A DNA stretch of 64,000 bases, taken from contig CAIIXF020000001.1 in NCBI GenBank assembly GCA_903813345.2, forward strand, positions 3,038,001 through 3,102,000, in the 5' to 3' direction. The DNA comes from Owenia fusiformis (lineage: Eukaryota). The notes beneath the pieces are model-generated. The model was not told the DNA's origin and made no database searches. It saw only the letters and a list, made by a program, of their open reading frames with translations. The position numbers and the translations under genes were made by a program. The first letter of the stretch is position 1, and the number at the start of each line of letters is the position of its first letter. Shown piece after piece: positions 38,766 to 53,500 of this stretch.

Positions 38766-39494
38766 TCGTGAAGCCACATAGTAAAATTACGATTTCTCTG
38801 CACCCTGGTGTTCAATCAACATCATTCGAGTATCTATGTGTTCCTGACACGTTTGGGCATCCGGTTATGACAACGTCTACCCACTGTTTGCACGCAAAAT
38901 TGACGTAATTCATGACTGAAATCGGGAAGACAAAAATATGTGATATTCTTTCAGAATTGTTTATAATAACTATTTACAAAAATGTTCCCGAGACACAAAT
39001 CCATGTAGGTAAGGGTTGTTTTAATGTCGAAAAGCCCCAATAGAACATTACAAACCCAGATTAGACCCGGAAGAATGCAGATTTCATGTAATGATTTACG
39101 TTCATGTAAACAAGTAAAATACATATAATCCCCATATAAAACACTGGCCTACGTGGCATGTTCAAATTGAAATATAGAAAATTTTCAACATAGCATTTGC
39201 TTCCGTGTTCTGTATGCCCCTCTACCTGCTTAAGAAGGCAATGCATTTTCAAATAAAACCTTAGCCAAGTAGATTAGAGTCTCTAGGACACTTTTGTTAA
39301 TAGTTTTCACAAGCAATTTTGTTGTGAATCTCAAATTTTGTCTTCCCGATTTCGGTCATGAATTACGTCAATTTCGCGTGCAAACTTTGTGTAGACCTTG
39401 CTATTCCCGGACGCCCAAACGTGTCAGGAACACATAGATCTTGATTGGACATCAGGTTGCAGAGAAATCGTATTTTTACTGAGTGGCTTCACGA
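38766..39494. mobile_element. MITE with ~170-bp TIRs
   Basis: TCGTGAAGCCAC..GTGTTCCTGACACGTTTGGGC..GAAATCGGGAAGACAAAA and its reverse complement at 39335-39494. Confidence 0.8.
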
Positions 39495-42183
39495 ATAAAT
39501 GAAAAGGCTATACGCCTGTTAAAGATATGCTAAGCAGATAAGTAGGTCAGTATAACATAATCATGAAATGAATAAGTCTGAAAATACAATTGGTCAAAAT
39601 GTACTAAAACCTGCTTAAAACTGAAAAACATTGCATGCTCTATTCCACACCATTTGGAGGCTTTTGAAATTCGCAGTAACAATGAATAAGTGCCTGTATA
39701 TAATCATTGCATAGAAAACATTTCATGTAGTGTGTATCAGATGTATTGAGTTGACCAAAATACTCCTTTGTTTACTATATACTGGACTACATACTGGCAC
39801 CCTTACATACTAGTATATGTTACTGTACATATTGTAGAATTAGCCCATAAAAGTTTTGCAAAATCAACATCTTATACTATCAATGCAATAGACTGCTTGC
39901 TCAACCTTACAGGCAAACTATTATAGACAAATTTGAAGATAAGACTGATATTGTCACATTGAATTATGATAATAAGTAAATAATATTTTTGCAATATTTT
40001 GCACTGGTATAACCATGTGCAGTAGAATAATACACAGGGTTACCCTAAATTGTAGAAACATGAATATGTTTCTTATAATTGATTAATTTATATATCCCAA
40101 GGATTTCACCTGTTCCCTTCCTGACCAAACCTTGTTTTATTTTTGATGTTTTACAATAAACAAACTACTCTTTTTGACATCTTATCATTTTTATTTCCAT
40201 ATGTTATTGAAGTGAGAACTCAAATGACCAATGGGAAAACAATGTTAAACTTGAACACTGAAATAGGTATTCTAGCAGGCCTAGGAAAATATGGCTAGAA
40301 AAAGATGCTACAAGGGCTACAGGTGGACAAACTTTTCCCCCTGAAAAGCATTTTAGGGGTCAGATCACTAAATTCATGATTGCATTGAAAAGCTTTGAAT
40401 GCTAATTTTCAAGAATGGATGTATTACCAAAAAGAAAATATGAAAAATTCATATAGTTTATTTTGAGTGATTATTTAGTGTCAAGTTTTGTCTCTAGTGA
40501 CAGCATGTTACTGAATATCTCATCAAGTGACCTAAACTACAGCAGCTAAAATAAGCATACCGAAATATCATAATTCAGTATGATTCGGAGAAGGGGATTT
40601 TACAGTTATAAGGGATTAGCAATTCATTTATTATCTTACAATTTAGCTGAATTCTCGAATTTGAAGATCTAGTGCTATATTGTTTAATATGCATTATAAT
40701 AGATCGATTTGATGGTATGTGATATGATCGATTTTACCTTTTTGTCATCATTGCTAAGGAATACAATAATACCATTCCAATTAATGATAACTCACTTATT
40801 GTATTACTTGTGCTTGATACATATGCTGGAAGATATGCTTTTAAAATTGGTAAACCATTACCAAAACTATGGTTACCCTGTAGTAGTGAAAGTCACATTA
40901 AAAATGATTATCACCCCCTTCAATCTATTTTTACAGGTTTTTATGATTATTTCATATTTTTCTATATTTTGCGTAACCAGGACGGTGAATTTTCTTCATT
41001 TTTCTTCAAACATTTCGTCTTACCAATATTTATTATATCTGTCAATTTCAAGAAAATCGCGCCGCTACATTTCAAAATAATTCAAATTATGTCGTTTTTC
41101 CCATTGAGCTCCATTATAAAAATGGAATTTTCAAACTTAACATTTTAAAATTCTATGTGGTGAAAAGTTGCATATTGAGTAGTTCGTTAATGTTATGGTG
41201 TAAAAAATTCAAAACAAAAAGGAATAAAGAAAAAATGCCACGGAGAAGTCTCATTAGAATATCTTTAAGTGGAGTCAAAAGTGAAGATCATTTTGAATTG
41301 ACGCTCGGTATAAATATATAATACTTTCGTTCTTTCATATCGGTAGCACTTTGGCCTCATGGGCTACGTGCCTAGCTTCCACGCTGTAGGTTAGTCGATC
41401 GAGACCCATTAATGTCGAATTTTTTGATTTGCTTGTTGTCAAACAGTAGAGCAAAATCCAGAAAAAGTAGATCAAAAATACTCCAATGGAGTGTAAAATT
41501 GTCACCAGGATTCCGAAATGAGACGAATGTTAATTCGTTAAATCTCGGTAGATAAAGTAGGTCAGAAAATCCGGAATAATCCGAACAAGGTTCGGGAATA
41601 TTCGTCATAAGAAGTAGATCAAAAATACTCCAATGGAGTATAAAATTGTCACCAGGATTCCGAAATGAGACGAATGTTAACTCGTGAAAACTCGGAAGAT
41701 AAAGTAGGTCAGAAAATCCGGATTAATCCGAACAAGGTTCGGGAATTTTCGTCATAAGAAGTAGATCAAAAATACTCCAAGTGGAGTATAAAATTGTCAC
41801 CAGGATTCCGAAATACGACGAATCAAATCGGCAAACTTCGGTAGAATAATGAAGTGCATAAAAACCTAAATGACCCGAACAACGTTCGGATAAAATCGTG
41901 AAACAGGTGTCAGGGGCTTCCCCTCATCTTTCCCGACATGGTTCTAGAAGCCTTATATGGATCTATCACGTGACATTCAAAATGACGTTCCTATATGGTT
42001 CTACGGGCTTTATATGCATCTTTCGAACACGTGACCAAAAATACCAGATCAAAATCAAAATTTTACCTTGACCATTGGATGGGATTTCATAAAAAATATT
42101 CAAGAAAACATATCCTCGTGATCCTTAAATAACTTAAATTCGATCATTTTATCTTCACCCCTTGATGGAATTTTATAAAAGAA

Positions 42184-42683
42184 NNNNNNNNNNNNNNNNN
42201 NNNNNNNNNNNNNNNNNNNNNNNNNNNNNNNNNNNNNNNNNNNNNNNNNNNNNNNNNNNNNNNNNNNNNNNNNNNNNNNNNNNNNNNNNNNNNNNNNNNN
42301 NNNNNNNNNNNNNNNNNNNNNNNNNNNNNNNNNNNNNNNNNNNNNNNNNNNNNNNNNNNNNNNNNNNNNNNNNNNNNNNNNNNNNNNNNNNNNNNNNNNN
42401 NNNNNNNNNNNNNNNNNNNNNNNNNNNNNNNNNNNNNNNNNNNNNNNNNNNNNNNNNNNNNNNNNNNNNNNNNNNNNNNNNNNNNNNNNNNNNNNNNNNN
42501 NNNNNNNNNNNNNNNNNNNNNNNNNNNNNNNNNNNNNNNNNNNNNNNNNNNNNNNNNNNNNNNNNNNNNNNNNNNNNNNNNNNNNNNNNNNNNNNNNNNN
42601 NNNNNNNNNNNNNNNNNNNNNNNNNNNNNNNNNNNNNNNNNNNNNNNNNNNNNNNNNNNNNNNNNNNNNNNNNNNNNNNNNNN
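42184..42683. other. Assembly gap (500 N)
   Basis: Run of N. Confidence 1.
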
Positions 42684-43651
42684 CAATATTTAAGGATTTA
42701 AGACTGGTCTCGGTGTAATGTTGACTGAATCATTCTTCAAAAAGATGTTATTTGAACCTTTTCATGAGATGCATAGCATCGAGTGTGAAGTTTAGGAAAT
42801 AATGCATATGTCGAATGAATCAGCCACAGCCTGAAGTCTTGGGCTTAAATTCTCTTCACATACTGCAAAATATTTCCTATGAAATCGCCTAAAATTTACA
42901 AAATCACTAAAACAACATATTTTCAGTGAAATTTTTTTCAAGGATTAAGTTAGCAAAGCATCAATTTCAATCTGTAGTCAAGTTGCCACATTGACAACCA
43001 TTCATTGAATGACCTTAAAGGCCCAATGCATAGTTTGAAAATATGTTTTTATCATTCATTTACCATTTGTCATGACTTTAAAAAAAAATTAAAGATTTTT
43101 AAAGAGAAAAAAACTTGTAAAAAACTTGTCAGCTTTCCATTTCTCAAATATTCGAATTTCCCGCCTTTTTCAAATAAAAGTTGAATTTATTTAATTATCA
43201 AGTATTCCACTATACAGTGCAAAAACCTTTTCTTTTTAACAAAGATTGAACAAAGGAGACACTATTTCAATAATAAAATGACATATCTAATGTGGTACTT
43301 CAATGTTTTAGCATGTCAAATATATATTGCAACCTAAGTGACATCATTGTGACATCACTGAGTTGGCAAAATGTTTTTGAAAAAAATCTTTTCTATGTTA
43401 ATCTTTTCTAAATATGCTAAACTTTTAAAATAAACCAATGTTGATTGTCTAACCAGTTCAAAAGGAAGAATATATTATATTTTAAATATCATTGTACCAT
43501 TGGTTTCTATGAGAACTAAAATTTTGAAATGCATTTTTCTCTGAACCATTTTGATGCACAAATGAGTTCATTTCTCGCTTATTCGAGATCCAATTTTCTT
43601 AATTTTTTCGGCACAAAACACAAAGGGATGGATGCTATGCATTAGTGTACA

Positions 43652-44130
43652 AATAGTGACTGCCATTGAGGGAAATAGTGCAAAATATTTTCCTCAAGGG
43701 AATATCCTGTCCACTGACATGTTCCCGAGGCTGCAGGCCGAGGGAACAAGTCAGAGGACAGGATATTCCCGAGAGGAAAATTTTTACACTATTTCCCGAA
43801 AATGTGGCAGTCACTATTTGTTTTATTATATACCTGATAAGTACTCTGTAAACAAAAACAAAATGAGAAGTCTTTTCATTTCAATATCAACTGTTCACAG
43901 GTTCTTATTGGCATTTAAAGGCATTTTACCTTTCAACTCCTATAATCTCAGATTTGGGTGAAGATAAAATGTACTATTGACTGGTTACATGACCTAACTG
44001 GTGATTAGTACAATTCATCTTCCCTGAAAGCAGGGATTTAGGACTTTCCAGGGAATTAGTTCATCTATTCCATGTCATGTGACCATAAATAAGCCAATGA
44101 GCATCTAGAATACATTTGAGGTATATAATA
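43652..44130. mobile_element. Non-autonomous repeat with a terminal hairpin and short inverted motifs
   Basis: AATAGTGACTGCCA..GGGAAATAGTG / CACTATTTCCC..TGGCAGTCACTATT hairpin, followed by TATTATATACCT ... AGGTATATAATA. Confidence 0.55.
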
Positions 44131-44504
44131 ATGTGAACTATCGCTTATTAAAATATTTGTGTGACTTCTAAATGTTTTCGAACAAAAAGTCCTTCAAAAA
44201 TTACTTTTCGACATTTGGTAAGACTACAATATAAGCCAAAGTGGTTTAAACTTTATATGGGGGCTTTAAGTGAGTTTTTGATTATTCAATGCATTACATT
44301 TATATGAAATACTGTGTTCGGGTTGGCTCTAATCTGACACACCTTACCTAGCTATGTGTGAAACAGACTTTTCAGTGATGTAATAAAATCCGAGTGCAAA
44401 TACTGTCATTTTTGCTCTAGTTTTAGAAATTTAAAAGAATATAAGATAGAAAATAACTTATGGTGATTCTTGACACCTACTACATAATGATTTTTGACAC
44501 CTAC

Positions 44505-47500
44505 TTGTTGCACAAGTTGCTCCAGTGTAACCAGTCTTACAACGACAAGTAAATCCACCATCTTTGGAAGATCCAGTGTTACTGCAAGTTCCATCTTTAC
44601 AAGGATTTGGATGGCAATCATCTCTGGCTATAACAAACAAGCAATGTTTATTAAAACCTTATTTCCCTTCACAATAAAATAATATACTTGATTATTTGCA
44701 ATTTCTAATCATAGATTTTGAAATTGGACACTTGGGATGCAATAATAATTAAGCTTTTATTTCCTTTAATGGTATAATTGTTATCTTCATAAAAAGATAT
44801 ACTGAGCAACTATTCATTTCTGATTTACAGGTTTACTTTCAATGGTTTTGCATGATTGTATAAAGCACATGTTTAGGTTGAGAGCAATAACTGTGTAAAT
44901 CATTCAAATGCAGCAAACAGGGAAACAGTATTACCAATTTAAAATCAGTCAATGTTGGGATTCTAGTGATTTAACACATGTTACAAAAAATCTAGAATAA
45001 CGAGAGAAACATCAACTTATTGGCGTAGCATATTATATATAACTGTACAAAACATTTTTTATCAAATCACTCATCATTTTTAATATTACATGAGAGAAAT
45101 AAACACAAAGTAAAACAGTCCTTCCTGTATTTATATTTATATGAGTTGTGTGCGGTTTGGAGTCGCTTGATCACTACTTTAACCCAATATGTTATATCAA
45201 TTATTGGGTTTACATGATTTCAACATAATTCTTCCAGAAACATTAGTTAATCTATCTCAATTTAATACTATATTCTTATACCGAAGGGGTCCCTATCGCT
45301 AAGAAATATATTACAATACACGATATATTTGATATATGTTTTTACTTACTTTAGTTGCAGTACATTAACCTGTTCATTACTTTGGTTGGTGCAGGGGAGG
45401 CTGGTGGGCTTTCCAGGTTGTGAGTTCGCAAACTGATTCCCGCCTCTTGTAGTCACGTGACATTTCATTCTTATCACATGATCTTTGTAAATTAACTCAC
45501 CTATGCACTTGTGCCATCTATACGTCACTTACTAGATAGATTTAACTGTATGAATATCTAGTGATCTGAGCCAACTCCAAAACACATAAATATTTATATT
45601 TCATATAAGTCATTTTGTTTCATTGCAACGCTACACCCTTAATATGACAAGACACCATTTTATATATTTATTTTCAAGAAGAGGCCATATAACCATATTT
45701 TATCAGACTAGAAAATATAGCCCAAATCCAATAATCTTTAATCTCAGAATGAATGTTTCTCCTCAAAAGTGGCAGCTATTTTGAATTCTGCAGCCATCTT
45801 GAAAATACCCTCTAAAATAAGTCCAGCATATAATATTAGGATCAAATCTGGCAACTGAGTTACTAAAATTTTTTTTCAAAACATTGTGGATATTTCTAAA
45901 TTTAGTAGGCATATTGAAATTATGTATAGATCAGAAGCACAGCTTCTTTATATCCATCCTTAACATTGTTCGGTGGGACAAACATCATATCCTAAGTTTT
46001 TAAGGGTTTTCTATATTTTGTCCACTCAGAGACAACACCAATCTTTACCAACTCAATCTATTTCCACCCATTGATGATAAAAATGATACCTCTCAAAAAT
46101 CTTTAATAATATATTAGAGCATAAAATAACTAATATAGTACTACACTATACCCCAGCAATCATAATTATACATACCATGTTCACATAGATCACCAACATA
46201 TTGGGCAGTGCACGTACAGATTGGTTTCCCAGGTCCATCAGCACACCTTCCACCGTTTTTACATGGATTACGATCGCATTCATTCAGATTGTCTAAAAAT
46301 AATGAAACAGACATTCGGTAGAGTTAAAGAAGTAGCCCAAAATAATGAATTGAAATTAGCTCATGGATGTTGGTCTCCCATATAATTGACTTAGTAACCC
46401 CTAAGTAATAGAGTAGAAGTAAAACCTTCAATTTAAAGATCACTTCCTCACAGCATTGCTTTAAAACAAACTGAGACTGTAATTTTCAAGAAAATTGTTT
46501 CTGGGTGAAACTGACAGTGAAATATGTGATCAAAATCCAAAATGGCAACATTAACATTTACCCAGAATACCCAAACCTAATAACTTTCCTAGGTAGAAAC
46601 ATCCCTGAAAATTTAAATAAATCCCTCAAACAGTGGAAATCTCTAGATAAGCCATGACAGACATTTTTGTGCAAATAATAACATACATGTAGTAATGGAT
46701 AAATTATATGATACACTGTAGTAATATACTTTGTTTGTTTTTAACTTTTGCAAGGACTAAGCATCCTTCTCATTAAATGAAATACTCACCAATTTGACAA
46801 AAGTCTCCAGTCAGCCCAGTAGGGCATTTACAGATTGCCTTACCAATAGAATCAATACACTCCGAGTCATGCCTACATGGATTCCTTGGGGCACATTCAT
46901 TTTTATCTGAAGGAATATAGAAGTTCAGTTAACACAATATTTTGTTTGTTTTTTCTTTCTGATTATTCCAGTATTATATTAGATCTCACTCATAGGGTAC
47001 ACAGTTTTAGCTATGATATATTTATAGAGTATGTTCATGCACACAGCCACAGTATTCAACAATAGTTGATTATACTTTGAATTCGGGATCGAATGATCAT
47101 TGTTATTGTGATCTGAATAACAAAATTCTGTATGTTTGCATAATTATGATTTATGGACAACTCAGTTACCACAAGTGTACCCTTTTCAGCTGAATCCTAC
47201 ATTTTAATGGTCCAGCATTTCTAATTATCTTAATACTCCCTCCAATTATCTTGATTGTTACATTAATTGTGATTTCCAAGATTATTGAAACCATTAATAT
47301 ACATGTTGATGATTCAGTAATTTTGGTAATAATAATAGTAGCCGAATGGTACATTTCAGTGATTCTATAATTATATTTTTTGAATTATTGTCAGGATTAT
47401 TACAGCATAACGATTGTGATCTGAATCATACATTAATATAATCAAGCAATTCTTATGTTGAAAAGAAAAAATCAATACCACAGTACAATCTTTACAATAG

Positions 47501-50500
47501 TGAGGTTACTCAATATAAATGGGAATAATACAACATACTAAATGTGAGTAGCATTAATCTTGATTTACCTTATTTAATATTCAAAATTCAGCCAAAGTGA
47601 TATGAAATTTCAAATCTATATGTAAACTTACATCTAGAAATGCAGTTTTAAAAAGTGTTTATCAACTTTGAAAACTTAAATTTCTTTAAAAATGTAACAT
47701 CTAGATATGTCGGGTAAATTCCCCATACACCCCATTCTATAAAATCACAAAAAGTGAAATATCTTTTCTTATATTTGACTGATAATATTTTCTTTAACTG
47801 GAATTATTTTAATTTGTCTAAGTATCATATACAAAAAGGTAATATGAAAATTGAACCAATGAAGCTGAAGAATATTCAAGTTAAAAGAGAACTTTCTAGT
47901 ACCCTGCCTTGTTATCCTCCCCTATTTAGCCACCTGGTGCTGAAAATGGTAGCTACCTACTCGCATCTGGGTAATTGTCATGCATAATTCATTCTGGTTT
48001 AACTAGCACAATTGTGAAGATAATGACTATCATTACGATTGTGACATACACATCTAAATAAAAGTTCGAGTAACAGGATTGTTGTAAATTGTTGATTCTA
48101 GTTAATTAAGAAAACAGTGACAATTATTACGATTGTGATGTAAGGCTATACCCTAATACATATCATAAGCACAGAATAATGGTTTATTCTAGCTGAATCA
48201 CCATGATGATAGTTATGGTTGCACACGTGTTCTAATAGTGTTCTAATAGTGGACACAACTCTTAATATTGTAGATGCGTGATTGTTGAGAATCTAATCAG
48301 ATTCTATATGAATTGCTAAATCGTGAAGTGTGTACCATTGTTGAATACCCCCCTCCCCCTTTCTCTGAAGTCTGAAATGTTACCTTCTTCACAGTTGGCG
48401 CCTATGTATCCTCGAACACATCTACATGTGTATTTATTAAAGCCATCAACACAAGTTCCTCCATTCTTGCATGGTCTAGTTTTGCAATCATCCGGGTCTG
48501 AAAATGTAAAGGTTAGGCTTTGCAAATGTGTATTTATCATTCACTTACTATTTTTCATGACTTCAATAAAAGTTGTTTTAGAGATTTTTGAAAAAAATAT
48601 ATTGAAAAAATGTTGTCAAATTTTGCTTTCTCAAATATTTCACATTTTCCTCCTTTTTTCAAATAAAATCAAACATTAACCATCAAATATTCCACTATAC
48701 AGTGCCAAACACATTATCTTTTAAACACCAATGGAAAGATTGGACAAAGGTCACACTATTTCAATAACAAAATGCCATGTGCTTCTTAAATATCTACATT
48801 TCTAGCTTTTTTAATGTCCTATATAATTTTTTACATTTAAAACATATTTCTATTACAGTTTTATATACTGTACCTAAATTACTGTAAAATTGGCATTAAA
48901 ATGGCCGCCATTTTCTAAAACCTGTTTCCGAGCAGAACTTTTACCCCCATAGGGCATATGTGTACAGAATATGAACAAACTGGGCCAACAGTATTCGAGT
49001 TATCGCAGACTTTGTTTACAGTTTATAAAAAGCGTGAAAACAGTCATGTTCACTTTATTAAACCTGTTTTCTTAATTATTTCGGCAAAGAACATATGATT
49101 GTACAATTACAATTTGTACTTCAAAGCAAAAAATAGACATACTTATTTCACATGTGGTCCCAGAAGTTCCAGCAAGACATGCACAACTGGCTCTACCAGC
49201 AGACACAGTACATCTTGCTCTATTCTTACATGGATTGGGTCGACAACTCGTTAAATCTCCCTGTCCTATAATTAAACGGTTTTGCATTATATTGTAGAAC
49301 AATACTTTATTAGTTATCAGAAAAATGTAATATTCAGGTTACACATCAAAGTAATATGAATCATAATTTCTATTTACCAATGAACTTCACAGATAAGTTA
49401 ATAATATTGCAATATAAATAATGTATGATACATAATGTATGATACATCAATAATGGTTGTAAGGGTTGTATCAATGAAAATAATCATTTGACTCAAAACA
49501 AAACCTTGTATTATAAGATTCTTTTGATTCTATCTAATGATAATATATTCCGATACAATTGATTGTATCATATGTAACGCTCGATTTTATTTCTAGTTGA
49601 AAGCCCATGATATAAAGTACTATTCGATTCTAATGATTCAATTGGCCCTGAAAAGGTTCATTTATGGCAACAGCTTATATACTCCAGTAAAAACATCAAA
49701 AATAAATGAAAAAATTGCAATACTTATTAAACCTAGTGCAACAAATGCGCATGCATATTGATGAGTTAAAGGACATATCAAAAATCTAGAAAAAATCACT
49801 ATTTGTACCCACTGGACTTATTTTATGAGGGGTACTATGACAAGCATTTATATTTTCTGTTGGGTGCCCCCAATCACATTCAAATTATCAGGGGTTATGC
49901 ATCCATATATAATTAGTTGTCATGCAAAGTTTGATCTTGATTGGTCAATTGGTTACTATGGCAACACAATTTAATTGCAAAATATTGTAAATATGAAGGA
50001 TAAATCTACTGTTTCCCTACAAACCGCAGATGGTAGGTTGTCTTTTTTAATTTTTCAAAATGAACACAACGTTGAGCTTAATACATATTGAAGGAGTTTA
50101 CAACAAGATAACATGATAAATAGATGAATAGGATGACATATGTGGCGCATGCTTGATAACTACTGCTCAATTTACCACAAAGTGGGCGTGGCACTATTTT
50201 TATTACAATTCCAAATAATTTCATGTTGACAGAATCATATTTACAAGGGTAATTAATACGTATGTTATTTTCTGGTATGGTGAGTCTAATCATCTTTTGT
50301 CGATTGGTTGCCATAGTAACACAACATACTGTATGTAAATCGTTGGTAGAGGTAATTTAAGGTAATCCTTGTTCCTTAACAAATTGTTTATTACATTCAT
50401 TCTTAAGAACTGTTTTCGTGTATGATCTTTTTTAACAAATACAAGTTTGGATAATATTGACATGCGTTTGCTATGGTAACACAACTAATAATGCTGTTTG

Positions 50501-53500
50501 TTGAAATACTGCTCTGTTTGTCCGTCTGCCTGCCTGTCTGTCTAAGCATTTCCTGGCCCATTTACTAATCACAGATTGTCATACGTGACAAAATGGTGAT
50601 TCTTGACATCTTAGACTCTAGAAGATGTACCAACTTAGACTCTGTAGGCTGTATCAATCTTAGATTATGGATGTTGTACCCATTTTAGACTTTGAAGGAT
50701 GTACCCATTAAACACTAGAGGCTAAACCCTATAGACTCTAGAGGCTGTACCATCTTAGATCCATTTATTAATCACAGATTGATGTTATATGTGACAAAAT
50801 GGTGATTCTTGACATCTTAGACTCTAGAAGATGTATCAACTAAGACTATGTAGGCTGTTTCAATCTTGGATTATGGATGCTGTACCCATCGTAGACTCCG
50901 GAGGATGTACCCGCCATTAGACACTAGAGGCTAAACTCTCTAAGACTCTAGAGGCTGTACCATCTTAGATCCATTTATTAATCACAGATTGATATATGTG
51001 AGAAAATGGTGATTCTTGACATCTTAGACTCTAGAAGATGTATCAACTTAGACTATGTAGGTTGTATCAATCTTAGATTATGGATGGTGTACCCATTGTA
51101 GACTCTGAAGGATGTACCCATTAAACACTAGAGGCTAAACTCTCTAAGACTCTAGAGGCTGTACCACCTTAGACTCTTGGAGGCTACACCCAGCATAGGC
51201 TCTGGAGAGGCCGTACCATCTTAGACTCTTGGTACCTGTACCCATCATAGACTCTGCATCTGTAAGGTGTACCATCTTCTCTCGAAGGCTGTTCCCAGAA
51301 CTCATCAAAGGCTCTGGAGGCTACACCCATTGTAGACTCTGGATGCTATATCGTCCTAAACTCTTGGGGGCTGAATCCATTGTAGACTATGGAGGCTGTA
51401 CCATCTTAGGCTCTTTGAGGCTATACAATATCACACTCTTGTAGGCTGTACTATCTTAGACTCTTGGAGGCTGTACCTATCTTTTACTCCTGACTTTCAT
51501 AGAAATCATAGACTTTTTTGGCTGTACTATCTCTCATACTATCTGTACTATCAATCATATGAGGATTATTAGGTATCATTATTGGAAAGGTTATATAATT
51601 GAGCTTACTTGTAACTATATTGAGCCATATTATAGATGAAGAAATTCATATTCTAAGGAAATAGGGGTTTATCGTTTCAAGTCAAAGCTACTGACAATTT
51701 GGGTAACAATTAACGAGTGGCTAGTTCTAACATTTTTTCTAATGGGGTTAGGGTCAACAACAAAAAAAGTTATAAAAAAATTCTTGGGGTCAGATCTGCC
51801 ACCTCACCGTTTAATGTTAAAGATTTTATATTGTTTGTTTTTTTAAATAGATTTAATCAAATACAAAAAAATCAAACCTGTGATTTGTCTTTTATATCGT
51901 TGATTCGATTCGGCCTGTAAGAAAATTTAATAATATAAATCATATTCTTAAGAATGATCAGACATATAAATAAGCCAACTCACTTATTGCATGTTTATAA
52001 TTCCAGTATAACGTATAACTTATGAAATATTTGATTACGTTATCATTAAGTGTGATAGTCTTACGTATAAACGACGGTTTATAAGAATATCAGTTATACG
52101 TTGTATGGGATAATAAGCATGCGATAAGTGAGTTGCGAAATCTGTCTTATGATTGAAATTATTTATTTATTGATTTTGAGAGGTATTTTCATAAACATCT
52201 ATCTATTAATAAAAATAGATACAAAAATATAAATAAACACATAGAATCTACGCATTGTTTTCACTTGTCACTCTTCAGACTAGTTACCAAAACGGATCTT
52301 AATGGGTAGTAAGCTAGCAGCCAAAAATGTCGCACTTTGAGAATACAAATTGAAATTACTTTTTTATTATATATAAGCTGATTATTCAGAAAAAATTGTC
52401 TGACGCACCGTATCCGGGGCGAAGTGTTAAAACGGAGTTTTTGACCCTAAAATGAAAATTTACAGGGGTACTTTATCAACGTGGAATAACTTATTCAGGT
52501 AGTAACATATATGTGGAAGGGGGTAGAGCTAATCAGCATTGAGCATATATCTCATCTACATAGTTCTCCATTTCATAGAGTGCATATTCTGGGTCATCTT
52601 CTCATTCATCATAATATGAAGGATATCGCAATTTACGTGATTGATAAGTATCGAAGACCATACAATAAATTACATAAGTGATCAAAATTGGCGGTAGTCC
52701 TAATAAAGATAGATGTTTACCATTCTCTATAAATACAACATGAACTTGACTTTTTGAGATACATATATATTGGACTTATACTTAACTCTAGAGTTCCTAT
52801 GGGGGGGTACAAAGTATGAAACAATTTACACAATACGTCAATTTAACGTTAGTTTCTATAATGAAAATTCACAATGTTGTTACAATTTTATTCTTAAAAT
52901 AAATAATTATCTCTAGGCTACACATAAAAATGATACTTTAATGAGAAACATCTGCAATTTGAAAGCTCTTTCAGGAGATACCATGTCACATTTTTTTGCT
53001 TCAAGAAAAAAAATGAAAGCTTGCATTGTTTGATTTGAAATCACATACGTGTATAGAAATGATCAAACTTTATACTCCCCAATTGTTATGACTTTTCAAC
53101 TTTTACGAACAAGTTTTAAAATAAAGATCAAGAGAAATCGCCGGGAATAGTTCTGATAGAGGGTTTTGGCAGATATGGGATCGAATACGGGATCCGATAC
53201 CGGATTTTGGCTGATAAGGGATCAGATACGGGATATTTTTAATATCAATTCTATTCCCTTATTTCCCAGGGAAAACATGTTATTATGGAATAATTAGTGG
53301 TTACTTACTTGGAGGGTTCAATATGGGTTTTATTCCGGGGGCCCGGAGGGCCAGATGGAAATATCATATTGTCAAGAGGAATAAACCCATATTTAATCCC
53401 GACCAGTAAATAAGCTTCTTATCCAATTATATTCATGACTCTCTTCATAAAACCATAAGTTCAAAATGAATCAGTCTGTATATGATTTTTATATGAAACA

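Larger units (their letters stand above)
33224..42183. mobile_element. Large non-autonomous DNA transposon with TIRs over 1 kb (Sola3-like); right end lost in the gap
   Basis: Begins TTAA|GAGGTTCTGGAC. 33608-34500 plus 34979-35008 is the reverse complement of 41269-42183. Each arm holds ~148-bp subrepeats (CGGAATCCTGGTGACAATTTTATACTCCA at 33981, 34129, 34276). No transposase ORF inside. Confidence 0.7.

Noticed and set aside
42144-42701. Poly-X ORFs
   Set aside because: Artefact of the N gap.
45346-45528. GC-richer stretch with donor-like sites inside the EGF gene
   Set aside because: No EGF cysteine pattern and no convincing in-phase acceptor; cannot be supported as a coding exon.
44505-49260. 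Assigning Notch, Delta, crumbs or fibropellin as gene symbol
   Set aside because: Only generic EGF repeats are visible; no DSL, LNR, laminin-G, CUB or avidin domain.
51609-51652. Possible 44-nt extra exon in intron 1 of the EGF gene
   Set aside because: It has AG/GT ends, but its exit phase (2) fits neither acceptor of the next exon.
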